Source of the DNA: Bacilli bacterium
GTDB taxonomy: Bacteria > Bacillota_I > Bacilli_A > RFN20 > CAG-826
Reading direction: 5' to 3'
Length of the DNA stretch: 64,000 nt
NCBI GenBank assembly: GCA_045597865.1
Contig: JAZLKX010000025.1
Coordinates: forward strand, 368,934-432,933
The translations under genes were made by a program, and so were the position numbers. The notes under the pieces were generated by a model. It ran no database searches. It saw only the letters and a program-made list of their open reading frames with translations, and was not told where the DNA came from. This document shows positions 1 through 10,528 of the stretch, piece by piece. Positions within the stretch are counted from its first letter, which is position 1. Each line of letters opens with the position of its first letter.

Positions 1-163
1 TTTTCCCGTTCATAGGAAAAGACATATCTAAACCTGCAAGACCACTATTTAAATTAAAGGTTCCTTTTAGGCCATATTTATTCATCATTTCAATTAAACG
101 TATGTCTTGCTGGCATCCATCATCGAAACTGAATGTTATGGCTTTATTTTTGCCGTTCCACAT
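1..163 (-). CDS. Polysaccharide deacetylase (CE4/NodB), 5' part only; runs off window edge
   Basis: Not in the ORF track. Manual translation from ATG at 163 gives MWNGKNKAITFSFDDGCQQDIRLIEMMNKYGLKGTFNLNSG; TFSFDDG and the KGTF motif are typical of CE4. Confidence 0.85.
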   Translation of the reverse strand, partial: MWNGKNKAITFSFDDGCQQDIRLIEMMNKYGLKGTFNLNSGLAGLDMSFPMNGK

Positions 164-165
164 AA

Positions 166-1236
166 TTATCTGTCCTTAATTAAAGTGCCTAAAATCATTT
201 GAGCATAAATTCTTGCTAAAAAATCATTTGGGTGATTTACATTGTTTCCAGTCATATCTTTAAATTCTTTGAATTTAAGCAAATCTAAATGCGTTGTTGT
301 CATATCAACCAAACAAACATTTGGCATATCTATTTCTTTCATTATATTAATAAAATTATGAACGCCAGATTTATACCATGTAGAATTTGGGTTAGGAACA
401 GTTGTTGAAAGCAAAATAAATTCTGCATTTGGATTAACTTTCATCGTAGAAGAAATCATTGATAATAAGCGACTCTTAAATTCTTCTGGATCAAGCCAAC
501 CATCATTCATACCAAAACCAATTAATACCAAGTCTGGTTTATATTTACAAACATTTTCTTCAACATTATCGACGCCCCACTTTGAAGTCATTCCACCAAC
601 AGCAGTATTAACATAGTTAATACTTGTTTTGTATATTCTTTCCAATTCATGAGTGACAAGTAACGGGAAAGAATCCATTTTAGGTTCAATAAAATCGCCC
701 CACTCAGTTCCTGAGGTATTGCAACCAACTGTTATTGAATCTCCATAAAAAAGGAAGGTTGGTTTTTCTTTATTTAAAAGTTTTTGGATAAACTTAGAAA
801 TCTTTTCACCTTGATAAATTGGTTTATTACCATTCCAAATTTCTTTATGTTTATAAGAAACACAAATTTGATGATTCATAAAATATGAGCCTTCGCTAAA
901 AGCGAAATATTTATTTTTAATAGATTCAGGAACTTTATCGTTATCAACTGGAATTTCAGCTTTTGGATCAGGCTTTTCAATATAATATTTATCAAATTCG
1001 ATGTAAGGCATTCCTGAATTTGGAAGTCTTTTAATTCCACCGTTTTTTGTCAAAATATAATCTTTGCCTTCAACGTATTCTATATTTTGACCAAAATTAT
1101 AAACACCAATTAATTCTTCGATTGGAAAAAGAAAATGAACTTCTCCTTCTTCACCTAAAATTAAAGCTGTTTCATAAAACGAAACATTTCCTTTATAAAA
1201 TGGTTTTAAATACAAATCTTCTTTACCAGTAATCAT
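166..1236 (-). CDS. SGNH/GDSL hydrolase (putative acetyl esterase)
   Basis: Blocks FYGDSIT, AVGG, GFGMND and NHPND. Confidence 0.85.
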   Translation of the reverse strand: MITGKEDLYLKPFYKGNVSFYETALILGEEGEVHFLFPIEELIGVYNFGQNIEYVEGKDYILTKNGGIKRLPNSGMPYIEFDKYYIEKPDPKAEIPVDNDKVPESIKNKYFAFSEGSYFMNHQICVSYKHKEIWNGNKPIYQGEKISKFIQKLLNKEKPTFLFYGDSITVGCNTSGTEWGDFIEPKMDSFPLLVTHELERIYKTSINYVNTAVGGMTSKWGVDNVEENVCKYKPDLVLIGFGMNDGWLDPEEFKSRLLSMISSTMKVNPNAEFILLSTTVPNPNSTWYKSGVHNFINIMKEIDMPNVCLVDMTTTHLDLLKFKEFKDMTGNNVNHPNDFLARIYAQMILGTLIKDR

Positions 1237-2981
1237 AATAATTTAATTACTTCCTCAGCAATGTGTTCATGGCCTTCTTTGGTTAAAATGTAAGCAGGTT
1301 CTTTGTTAGTAAAAGGAGTTTTTTTCAAAAATGAATTTAAATTAGAAACATTAATAAAATTAATGTTAATCTCTTTGCTAACTTCATCAAAGATTTTGTC
1401 CACTGCTTCATTTCCTAAAATAGATGAAATAAGAATAACATTAGACACTTCCTTAAAATTATTGATTAAGTCAATCATATTATCCTTCAATGAATAATCA
1501 TTTAAATTACATGGCATAAAAAAGTCACCTAATTGAATAATTGTTATATCAGGTTTTTCTTCTTTTAATGCGAAAAGTTTATCAATTGTTGGCTTATAGC
1601 CAATTTCTCTTTCAAATTTTTCAATATTTTTAACGGTAACGCTGACATTTTTGTGTTGTTTAATGATGTGAATCCAATCAGAATCATTTTTATCATACAA
1701 TAAAGCACTATTTTCACAGCCCCATTTGTTCCATTTAGCTTTTGGTTGATAAGAGAATTTGTTTCCGAGAACAAGCACTTTCTTATCTCCGTCTTTTAAT
1801 TCGTATCCTGGAAAAAACTCAATCTCTAGAACTTTTGCCAATGACTTTGATTCTAAAGAATCATAATTAGGGTTTGCGTAATTAGCAATCTTTTCAAAAA
1901 CAGGTTTTGGAAGTAAAGGCGTAAACCAATCAAATTCGTTATAAACTATGCCAAAATTGTTTTCTCCCTCATTTTCTGGGCGATTTGATAAAGTAAACAA
2001 TCTAAAAATAAAAACAGTTTCTACCCAAGGAAGTTTTTCTTGGACAACTTCAAAAAGTTTAATGAAACGATCACCAATTGCGTTCTTTTGACTTTCTCTA
2101 CAAAAATCAGACCACCCTGTTTCTGTATACCATACTTTTCTATTTACATCATTATGCTTAAGCATAACATTATGTAAATTAATTTGAGTTTGTTCCCAAT
2201 ATTCATTAATTTCAACATCTTTTAAATTGTATGGATGAAAAGAGAATAGTTCAAAGAAATCATCGACTTTAGTTGAACCTATCTTTTTTATAGAAGGATA
2301 CTTTCCAGACTCAATCTTATTATAAATACGATCGATATAATCAGGAGCATATTCTTTGTTCCAAAAAGATGGGAAAAGCATTTTAGCATCCTTGTTTGCA
2401 GCCTTAATGCCCTCATTTGAGTAAAAGTTCAAATCAAGACAAATATCTTCAATTTCATCCATTGTGAAAATATAATTTTCATTTTCTTTTCGACTTTTTG
2501 CTAAATTATAGCCATTTTTATGTAAAAAGGTTCCATCAGTTCCATCTGGTTCATTTGTGGATTCAAAATATTCAATTTCAGTAAAATTAGAAGCAATTAA
2601 GTAATGAACACTTCTTTGAAGTCTCATAAACTTAACATACATTTCTTTTTCACTTTTTGGGTCAGGAACTACCCATGCGTCTGAAGGTTGATATCCTCTA
2701 GGATAAACGAATGCCCAATCCAAAAGTAAAAATCTTTCAACACCAGCTTTTTTTAACTTTGTTAAATATGAATTTAATCTGATAATTCCATCAGCCTTAA
2801 ATTCAACTTGGTTGTTTTCTAAAACATTAATAATTTCAGGTGTTCTAACCCAAACGCGCATTGTTTTAGCATTTAATTGCTTTGCAAAAAATGCGATATT
2901 GTCATCACTTAAGCCTAAATCGCAACCAGGATTTACTTGGCAAGAAACTTCATCAAGACCAAAAAAATATTTATTTTTCAT
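1233..2981 (-). CDS. Clan GH-A-like (GH39/GH5-like) glycoside hydrolase fused to a degenerate SGNH-like C-terminal domain
   Basis: TNEPD (acid/base), FHPY, YTETGW (nucleophile), ENNFG; C-terminal VLVLGNK...IQLGD...EGHEHIA. Confidence 0.65.
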   Translation of the reverse strand: MKNKYFFGLDEVSCQVNPGCDLGLSDDNIAFFAKQLNAKTMRVWVRTPEIINVLENNQVEFKADGIIRLNSYLTKLKKAGVERFLLLDWAFVYPRGYQPSDAWVVPDPKSEKEMYVKFMRLQRSVHYLIASNFTEIEYFESTNEPDGTDGTFLHKNGYNLAKSRKENENYIFTMDEIEDICLDLNFYSNEGIKAANKDAKMLFPSFWNKEYAPDYIDRIYNKIESGKYPSIKKIGSTKVDDFFELFSFHPYNLKDVEINEYWEQTQINLHNVMLKHNDVNRKVWYTETGWSDFCRESQKNAIGDRFIKLFEVVQEKLPWVETVFIFRLFTLSNRPENEGENNFGIVYNEFDWFTPLLPKPVFEKIANYANPNYDSLESKSLAKVLEIEFFPGYELKDGDKKVLVLGNKFSYQPKAKWNKWGCENSALLYDKNDSDWIHIIKQHKNVSVTVKNIEKFEREIGYKPTIDKLFALKEEKPDITIIQLGDFFMPCNLNDYSLKDNMIDLINNFKEVSNVILISSILGNEAVDKIFDEVSKEININFINVSNLNSFLKKTPFTNKEPAYILTKEGHEHIAEEVIKLL

Positions 2982-4230
2982 ATGGAGGTATTATGTAGTC
3001 ATCTCCGTTTATGAATTTAGCATAGTCGATTGCAATTTGTTTTGGTTGACCGGCTAAATTTTTATCTGGATCATCTGGATTATAAAATAATCCAAAGTTA
3101 TTTTCACCAACACTAACATTTTGATGAACTAGATTAGTTAATCTAAATACAAATACTGCTTCAACAAATGGAAGATTTTCTTTAATAAGTTTTAAAGCAT
3201 CAATTAAATATTTAGAATTGTCCGCTTTTGTAGTGTTTACGCCGTTGTCTGTCCAACCTAATTCACTATAATAAACTGGTTTATCACCATCTCCGTGGTC
3301 AATAGCAACTTGGTAAATTTCTTTTTGATAGCCAACCCAATCACCTTTATTTGGATCAGGATTGCCTGTTGTAACACCTGGATATGGGTGCCAATTCAAA
3401 ATATCAAAATAATTATCAGGATCTGTATCTGATTTTTCAGTACCATAAGGTAAAGTTTGTGATTCAATACCTTGATAAATAAGTTCTAAGAAATGAGGAC
3501 TACGATCAAGAAGACAAAGTGATATCATTGAACATTTGTTATCTTTGCTAGCTTTTTTAATGCCGCGTCTTGTGTAATAACAAATATCGCAAACTATGTT
3601 TGCCTTTTCATCATCAGTATATAAGAATGCTGCATTTTCTCTTTCAGTTAATCCATAACCATAGCCATTTTTATGAATACAAGAAGATGCTTTCAAATCA
3701 GGTTCATTTCCTGGTTCAAAATACTTAATCATTGGGAAAAGTTCCGCAAACATTTGGCTGCCTTTTTCCATCAAATTTAAGAATATTTCATATTCTTCGT
3801 GTTCATTCGTTGGATCAGGAACGCAATATAATGTTGTTGGAGCGTATCCATATGGGAATAAGAAAGTTGTATACATTGCTAAAAAGTTAGTTACACCTTT
3901 TCCATCCCTATAAAGTTTATCAACGTGGTCTTTTAAAATTGTATAATAATGGTTGTTTAGCTTTAAATCATTGTCTTCAGTAACGGTAAATAAAGCATTA
4001 ATAGAAACCCAAAGTCTCATGGATTTGCATCCTAGAGCATTAACTCTATCGCCAATCCAATCATTTGTAATGGCGTAGTCAACACCATCATTTAAATCAC
4101 CAGATGTTTCACATAATCCATAAAAATATGTGTAATCATAACTTCCTTTGTTTCCGCAAGAACCAAGCGAAACTAATGAGGTTGCAAGAAGTCCAAAAAT
4201 AGATAAAGTACGTGTTAATTTATTTTTCAT
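2971..4230 (-). CDS. Lipoprotein, clan GH-A-like glycoside hydrolase
   Basis: Lipobox LGSC; GNEPD, WHPY, YSELGW, ENNFG; paralogous to 1233..2981. Confidence 0.7.
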   Translation of the reverse strand: MKNKLTRTLSIFGLLATSLVSLGSCGNKGSYDYTYFYGLCETSGDLNDGVDYAITNDWIGDRVNALGCKSMRLWVSINALFTVTEDNDLKLNNHYYTILKDHVDKLYRDGKGVTNFLAMYTTFLFPYGYAPTTLYCVPDPTNEHEEYEIFLNLMEKGSQMFAELFPMIKYFEPGNEPDLKASSCIHKNGYGYGLTERENAAFLYTDDEKANIVCDICYYTRRGIKKASKDNKCSMISLCLLDRSPHFLELIYQGIESQTLPYGTEKSDTDPDNYFDILNWHPYPGVTTGNPDPNKGDWVGYQKEIYQVAIDHGDGDKPVYYSELGWTDNGVNTTKADNSKYLIDALKLIKENLPFVEAVFVFRLTNLVHQNVSVGENNFGLFYNPDDPDKNLAGQPKQIAIDYAKFINGDDYIIPPYEK

Positions 4231-6916
4231 TTTTTTGTCCTCTCTTTTTGCGCATTAAAAATACAATTAGAAATGCTCCAACACCAATAAGAACAACAGC
4301 TGCTGCTATACTGGTAGGAATAATCCATGATAAATTATTATTTTTTTGAATTGGATTTCTTTTAACCCAAGGATCAAAATAATCAAGTTTTGGGTCATAA
4401 TTCCTTACTGGAATTGTAATATGATTATCTAAATTAAATATCGATAATTCTTTAATGTTTGAGACACCGTTTTTAGAAATAATTTCAATTTCAGATTCTT
4501 CGTTGATAAATTCAAGCATTTCGTCTAAATTGACAACATTAGAATCAATAAATGCTAAAGGCTTATTACCAGAAGCATATCTTAATTCATATTTTGTGCC
4601 ACAATGTTTTAATTCAAATAAAGAATTTGCAAAAACAAAATCTTTTCCAAGTTCAATTTCTTTAGTTCCATTTAAATTACTAATAATAATTTTTTTGGAG
4701 TTTGAATCTTCTAATGTAATACAGGTATTACCTTGTTTAATTGCTAATTGATTTTCAATTGAAAAGACTTTAAATCGAACAATGTTTCCGTTCAATTTGT
4801 GTTCAGTTTTTACGCTTCCACCATCATTGATTTTTAGTTTACCATTCAAGACCGATGAATTATTAAGTGCTAAGCCATCTGCCTTATCGCTAATTGCAAA
4901 GTCATGACGAATTGTTTCAGTATAATTTTTTCCAATATAATTGGAATCTTTTAAATCATAATCAAGATTTGTTATTGCTAGATTTTTAAGTTTAAAAGAA
5001 AGTCCATTTGTACCAAAAACAGCTGCATAACCATCCGTAGTATTATAAACTGCAGATATTTTTGCTTGTGCAAGTTCACTATCAGGTTGTTCAGCGGTCT
5101 TGTAATGCATTTCTATCTTGTTGTTTCTAACAACATAAAGGAAATTTAAAACTGTATTTTTAGTGAAATAATTTGTTTTTGGGAATTTATCAACTTCTGC
5201 TTGATCAAGTGTAGTTTGTGTTCCTAATGGAACGCAAATACCATTGTAATATTGAATGCCTAATGAATTGGCATTCGCATAACCTACTTCGTATGTTTTC
5301 TTTCCAACTTGCAAGCCAAGAGCAGCACCATTAAATGCGGCTGAATTACAATCGCTTTGAATGTCCACATCAAATCTTGCAATAAAATCTTTATATTTGA
5401 CTTTTGGACCAAATGCGGATGTAATTGAAGAATTTGAAAATAAAATGTAAGGATCAGCAGCATTCTTTGCTGAATAAACTGGCATTCTAACTAACGGACC
5501 AATGTGCCAATCATGATTTGAAATGAAAAATTCATAAAGAGCACCATATTCATCAAAGCTTTCTTTAGTTCCGCCAAACGATTGACCAACATCACCACTA
5601 GTTCTATCAAGATAAATAGATTTTTCAAAAGAAAAATCATCAACATTTGCACCGACTAGTGAATCAGTAGATGAACCTAATGTTTTTAAACCAAAATAAC
5701 CATTTATTTTGTTGGTTTTTCCAGTAACGGAATTAATGCCATCACTAACAATAACACTGCCATCAAAATAAACACTTAAACTAGTTGTAATTGATTGTTC
5801 AATATTTCCGTCTTCAAAGATGCACTTAGTTTTGTTGTATGAATCGCCATTTGAAGCAACTAAATAATAACCTGTATCTGCTTTTTCAATTCCATAAAAT
5901 AAACCACTTGATTCAATACTATCTTTTGAAATTTCAAAACCAGTTTTTGCTTCTTTTGACATTTCACCAAGATAAAAAGTTGATTGTAGTTCATAAAGTT
6001 TATTTAACTTGTCGTTATTTGAACTTTCGAAAGGGGTATTGTAGATAAGTGATGAACCAGGTTTAGAAAGATTGGCTTTGCCAATAATTCCACACGATAC
6101 ATCTTTTTCAGTAAATGTATTAGCGTACCATTCTGCGTCTGCACTACCTGAAGAAGCATAAAGTACAGTTGATTTAGAAAAATCTTCTTCGCAAACTGTT
6201 TTTAAAACACCAGCTTGTTCATGATCATCTTTAACCACGAAACTAAGAAGCTCATTTTTACTTGAATAGGCATTGAATGATAAATAGCCTTCAATATTTG
6301 GAACAACAATATTTGTTTTGGCGCCAATTTGATTTCCACTTTTATCCTTTACAATGTAATCTAGTAAAAATGTATTGTCACTTTGACGAGAAAAAGTGAA
6401 AGATGCCTTTCTTGAAACAAAAGGAACACTTAATGGAGTAAATGAAGAAGGTTTTCCACCTTCAGTTGTGTCTTCTTTTAAACCTGCAGCTCCTTGTGTA
6501 ACGAAATATTGAGTACCTTCACCTGTAAAAACAAAACCATACTGTCCTGATGAAAATGGCGATTTAGTAGTTGGTTGTCCAACTGCGAATCCTAACCAAC
6601 CTAAATTGACTAATTGTTGAACATCAAAACTAATTTCAACCTTAGAAACATCACTAGTTACTCTATATTTTGAGTAAATTAAACTAGCGCCCCACTCTTG
6701 TCCATCAGGAACGATTCTAAGTGAACTATAATCAGAAGCAATTTCTGCATCATGGTTAACCCAATTTGAATTAATAGATTTATTGTTAAAATCATCCTCA
6801 AATTGCTGAACTTCATCAAAAGAAGCTAAAACTTCATTTGAAATTTTAGAAGTAAAAGAAAGAGGAATTAGAAGTGATAATGCCAATCCTGAAATAAACA
6901 AATATTTCTTTTCCAT
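4220..6916 (-). CDS. Large secreted protein with C-terminal membrane anchor, beta-rich, function unknown
   Basis: N-terminal signal peptide, C-terminal hydrophobic helix plus RKKR tail; lies within the ABC operon. Confidence 0.6.
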   Translation of the reverse strand: MEKKYLFISGLALSLLIPLSFTSKISNEVLASFDEVQQFEDDFNNKSINSNWVNHDAEIASDYSSLRIVPDGQEWGASLIYSKYRVTSDVSKVEISFDVQQLVNLGWLGFAVGQPTTKSPFSSGQYGFVFTGEGTQYFVTQGAAGLKEDTTEGGKPSSFTPLSVPFVSRKASFTFSRQSDNTFLLDYIVKDKSGNQIGAKTNIVVPNIEGYLSFNAYSSKNELLSFVVKDDHEQAGVLKTVCEEDFSKSTVLYASSGSADAEWYANTFTEKDVSCGIIGKANLSKPGSSLIYNTPFESSNNDKLNKLYELQSTFYLGEMSKEAKTGFEISKDSIESSGLFYGIEKADTGYYLVASNGDSYNKTKCIFEDGNIEQSITTSLSVYFDGSVIVSDGINSVTGKTNKINGYFGLKTLGSSTDSLVGANVDDFSFEKSIYLDRTSGDVGQSFGGTKESFDEYGALYEFFISNHDWHIGPLVRMPVYSAKNAADPYILFSNSSITSAFGPKVKYKDFIARFDVDIQSDCNSAAFNGAALGLQVGKKTYEVGYANANSLGIQYYNGICVPLGTQTTLDQAEVDKFPKTNYFTKNTVLNFLYVVRNNKIEMHYKTAEQPDSELAQAKISAVYNTTDGYAAVFGTNGLSFKLKNLAITNLDYDLKDSNYIGKNYTETIRHDFAISDKADGLALNNSSVLNGKLKINDGGSVKTEHKLNGNIVRFKVFSIENQLAIKQGNTCITLEDSNSKKIIISNLNGTKEIELGKDFVFANSLFELKHCGTKYELRYASGNKPLAFIDSNVVNLDEMLEFINEESEIEIISKNGVSNIKELSIFNLDNHITIPVRNYDPKLDYFDPWVKRNPIQKNNNLSWIIPTSIAAAVVLIGVGAFLIVFLMRKKRGQKNEK

Positions 6917-6928
6917 TTTTCTTCCTTC

Positions 6929-7876
6929 CTAGAAAGTTACTTTTGGAGTAAGTTTCTTCATTGTAAAACGAATAATTAAAATAAATGGCAACATAAACAA
7001 AGACAAAATAAGTCCATATGTAGCTGCAGTAATTAATGTATTAGGGTTTCCGTCTCCAGCACTAACAGCATTAAAAATTACCATAGGTACTGTAGAAACA
7101 TTCGGGTTATTACCTGCAATTAACATTGGTTGTAAGTAGAATGCAAATACTGAAGTAACAATTGCTGTCATCCAAGTTGTAAGTGTTGGCATAACAAGCG
7201 GTATTGAGATAGAAAACATTTCTCTAAAGAAGCTACAACCATCGAGTCTAGCAGCTTCTGAAATCTCATCTGGAATCTTTTGCATAGCACTATTAATCAA
7301 AATAACGTTAGTGCTTAAGCCGTTAACTATACAGAAAACATAAATTAAAGGCCAAATAAGCGTGTTTTCAGAGTTTATTGATAACCAAGTAGGGTTAGGA
7401 TTAATTCCTAGCTGTGCAAGAAGTCCTGCAATAGGTCCCACTGTATCACTAGTTACTTTAAACATTTCGCAATAAGCATCAGTCAAAATAACGATTGATA
7501 TAATTGATGGTAAATAGAAAATAACTCTATAAATAGGTGTTCCATATGCTTTCTTATAGAATGCATAAGCAGTAATAATAGCAAATGGAAGAATGATTAA
7601 GTTAATAGGAATTGATCTAAATGAGTTCCACCACTGGACTCTAACTTGATCAGAGCCATGGAACAATTCATCCAAAATACGACTATAGTTTCCAAAGTTA
7701 TTCCAAACAAATGACTGACTTCTTTGATTCCAATCGCAGAAAGTCATCTTAATGGTATCAAAATTAATGTAAACCCAGAAAACTGCAAAGTTGAAAAATG
7801 AAATAGCAAGAAAAGAAACAATGAAAATTGCTTTTTTAACTTTTAACCAATTCACAGATTTCTTTTCAAGAATCAT
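6929..7876 (-). CDS. Carbohydrate ABC transporter permease (MalF/UgpA-like)
   Basis: Multiple TM helices; EAARLDG loop motif. Confidence 0.9.
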   Translation of the reverse strand: MILEKKSVNWLKVKKAIFIVSFLAISFFNFAVFWVYINFDTIKMTFCDWNQRSQSFVWNNFGNYSRILDELFHGSDQVRVQWWNSFRSIPINLIILPFAIITAYAFYKKAYGTPIYRVIFYLPSIISIVILTDAYCEMFKVTSDTVGPIAGLLAQLGINPNPTWLSINSENTLIWPLIYVFCIVNGLSTNVILINSAMQKIPDEISEAARLDGCSFFREMFSISIPLVMPTLTTWMTAIVTSVFAFYLQPMLIAGNNPNVSTVPMVIFNAVSAGDGNPNTLITAATYGLILSLFMLPFILIIRFTMKKLTPKVTF

Positions 7877-7890
7877 TTTATTGTACCTTA

Positions 7891-9525
7891 CTATTCAGCG
7901 TATCTGTTTTCAAATTCAGCAAATCCTTTTTTTGCTATAGAATAGGCAGCATTTTCAACGTTGCCATCAAAACCGTTGACCATAATGTCAACACCTGAAT
8001 TTTTACGAAGTTTATCAATGACTGTTGGATATTCAATACCATAAGTCAAAGTTCTTCCAGCATCACCTTCATAAACATAAACTGGAGAAAGTGTGCCTTC
8101 TTCCGCAAATGATTTTCTTGGGAATTTTGAAATTCTATCATCTGCATTGTAATAAATATCAAAAACTGATTTTTGCCAATTAGAATATTTGAAATTTGGA
8201 TCGATACTTGATTCAAAATTACGTGCATCATAATCAAATGGACGAATACCACCAGTTTCCTGTGTAAATCTGATGCATTGTCTTTCTTCGGTCATGTATT
8301 TTAATAAGCCAAATGCTGTATCTTTATGAGGAGCATTTGCTGGAACAAACATAACGTTATCGGTTGTTAAATATGTAAGTTTTGCAACCTTACCGTCTTC
8401 TTTTCTAGTAATTGCACCATCTAATGATGGAACAAACATTGTTTTAATTACTTGTCCAGAAGCATCGAGTGAATTTTTATATTCGTGTTCAAACCAGTCT
8501 CCAGTTAAACATAAGGCTATGTCACCATCTGCAAACTTTGTTTGAACATCTTTAATTGATGCTGCATCAGCATTCATAACTGAGTTAATGTATTTTCCAT
8601 ATTGAGATCCATCATCTTCTGTAACAAGTGATTTTACAGCATTTAATGCATCTTGAATTCCACTCCATTTGTATTGTTCTGCAGTACTAGCTTTCGCATC
8701 AAGTTTCCAGAAATCATCAAATGTACCTTGGCTGGAATATTTGCCTGCGCTTAATTTGTCGTTTGCAGTACCGTGAAGTTCAGCAAACCAGGTCATTGTC
8801 ATAAATTCGAACCATTGGGTTCCGTCTTTACCAGCCCAACCAAATTTATCAACTTTCTTTGATGCTGTAGCATTGTAATTATCAATATCTTTAAAGTAAG
8901 TGAAGACATCATTTAATGTTTCTGGTGGTAAAGTCCATTTAGCACCATCAGCTAAGCCTTCAACTGTACCGTTTGCGTCATAATGAGTAATTTTTTGAAG
9001 TAAAGTTTCATTATAAGCAACTGAACAAGGAATAGCAGCCCATGGAATTCCCCAATAATCTTTACTGGCTTCTCTTCCTAATTGTTTCTCATAATAAAAT
9101 CTATTAGCACATGAAGAATCGACATAATCTTTAATTTTTACTTTTGAACCATCCATTTTGGTGATTTCTTCTTCATACAAACTGCTAAGTCCGGCAATAT
9201 ACCCATCAGAAACAAGCTTCGCTTCTAAGTTATTTGTAATAAGTAAATCTGGGCAATCTCTTTTAGATTTAACATAGTTGCCTGCTGTATAAGTGATGTC
9301 AGCATCAGCAACTAAACGATAATCTTTGCCTGAAACGATTTGATCAGGTGAAACACCTTTTTGCTCAGCAAGATATTCTTTTACGAATGTTTCAAGCCAA
9401 TTTGCACCATATCCACCATCAAAATAGGCAACATAGAATGCATCCCCGCTTTTACCACCACAGCCACTTAATGCTGCAAGTGATAAACCAAGTAATGCGA
9501 CAGATAAGAAATTTCTCTTCTTCAT
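7891..9525 (-). CDS. Carbohydrate ABC transporter substrate-binding lipoprotein
   Basis: Likely start MKKRNF at 9525 with AAGGAG upstream; lipobox LSGC; GGYG..W and G.W SBP_bac_1-like motifs; lies between two permeases. Confidence 0.85.
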   Translation of the reverse strand: MKKRNFLSVALLGLSLAALSGCGGKSGDAFYVAYFDGGYGANWLETFVKEYLAEQKGVSPDQIVSGKDYRLVADADITYTAGNYVKSKRDCPDLLITNNLEAKLVSDGYIAGLSSLYEEEITKMDGSKVKIKDYVDSSCANRFYYEKQLGREASKDYWGIPWAAIPCSVAYNETLLQKITHYDANGTVEGLADGAKWTLPPETLNDVFTYFKDIDNYNATASKKVDKFGWAGKDGTQWFEFMTMTWFAELHGTANDKLSAGKYSSQGTFDDFWKLDAKASTAEQYKWSGIQDALNAVKSLVTEDDGSQYGKYINSVMNADAASIKDVQTKFADGDIALCLTGDWFEHEYKNSLDASGQVIKTMFVPSLDGAITRKEDGKVAKLTYLTTDNVMFVPANAPHKDTAFGLLKYMTEERQCIRFTQETGGIRPFDYDARNFESSIDPNFKYSNWQKSVFDIYYNADDRISKFPRKSFAEEGTLSPVYVYEGDAGRTLTYGIEYPTVIDKLRKNSGVDIMVNGFDGNVENAAYSIAKKGFAEFENRYAE

Positions 9526-9538
9526 AGTAAAACTCTCC

Positions 9539-10441
9539 TTATTTAAGACCTCCACCGAGGCTAATTTTCATAATTTGTTTTTGGAATATTAAGAAAATGA
9601 TAACAACAGGTAACATTGAAATAATAATTGCAGCAAAATAAACTGGATAGTTATGAAGAAGTTGGATATTTCCGCCTTTTTCAACTAATGCTTTTATCTT
9701 TTCTAGACCTGTTGCGATTGTGTAATAATCACTTCCTAAAAAGATTTTTGGTGTGGCATAGTCGTTCCATGAACCAATAAAACCTAAAATCCAAAGTGTT
9801 CCGATAATACCCATAGCTTGAGGAAGCATAACTTGGAAGAAAATTCTATAATCTCCAGCTCCATCAATACGAGCTGCTTCAGCATAGTTATCAGAAATAT
9901 TTTTAAAAACAGCGTAAACAAGTAAGAAGTTCATACCTGTTCCACCCATAGATAATAAAATTATCGAACCAAACGAATTTGTTAAACCCCAGTTATCCAA
10001 AAGCATATAAACAGAAGTTGTTGTACCTGCAATTGAAACAATCATTGGAAGTAAATATAAAATATAAATAAATCCCCTACCATGGAATTTATATTTAGCC
10101 ATAACGTATGCAGCTAAAGTTGTTGATAAAACAGATAATGTTGGAGTAATCAAACAAAGTAAAATTGTGTTAAAAAACATTTCAACAACATTAAACTGAT
10201 CTAACTGGAATACTGTTGCATAGTTAGAGAACATCCATTTTTGAGGAAAATTCCAAGAATTGATTTTAAATTCATTAAACCCGTCCTTAAATGAGTTGAT
10301 GAAAACCCAGAAGAATGGGAATAACAAAATTAAAGAATAAATAGCAAAAATAACAGTAAAAACGATAAGAACCCTACTGTAAGGTCTTCTCATATGTTTT
10401 GTAGTCTTCTTAGCAAAGTTTAATGTTATGTCTTGCTTCAT
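9539..10441 (-). CDS. Carbohydrate ABC transporter permease (MalG/UgpE-like)
   Basis: EAARIDGA, WNDY, C-terminal GGLK. Confidence 0.9.
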   Translation of the reverse strand: MKQDITLNFAKKTTKHMRRPYSRVLIVFTVIFAIYSLILLFPFFWVFINSFKDGFNEFKINSWNFPQKWMFSNYATVFQLDQFNVVEMFFNTILLCLITPTLSVLSTTLAAYVMAKYKFHGRGFIYILYLLPMIVSIAGTTTSVYMLLDNWGLTNSFGSIILLSMGGTGMNFLLVYAVFKNISDNYAEAARIDGAGDYRIFFQVMLPQAMGIIGTLWILGFIGSWNDYATPKIFLGSDYYTIATGLEKIKALVEKGGNIQLLHNYPVYFAAIIISMLPVVIIFLIFQKQIMKISLGGGLK

Positions 10442-10528
10442 ATGACTTCCTTGAACTTATTATAATTGCATATAATTAATTATATAGTTTCTTTTTGCAA
10501 CAAAATTATCGGTTTTTCGACATTAATA

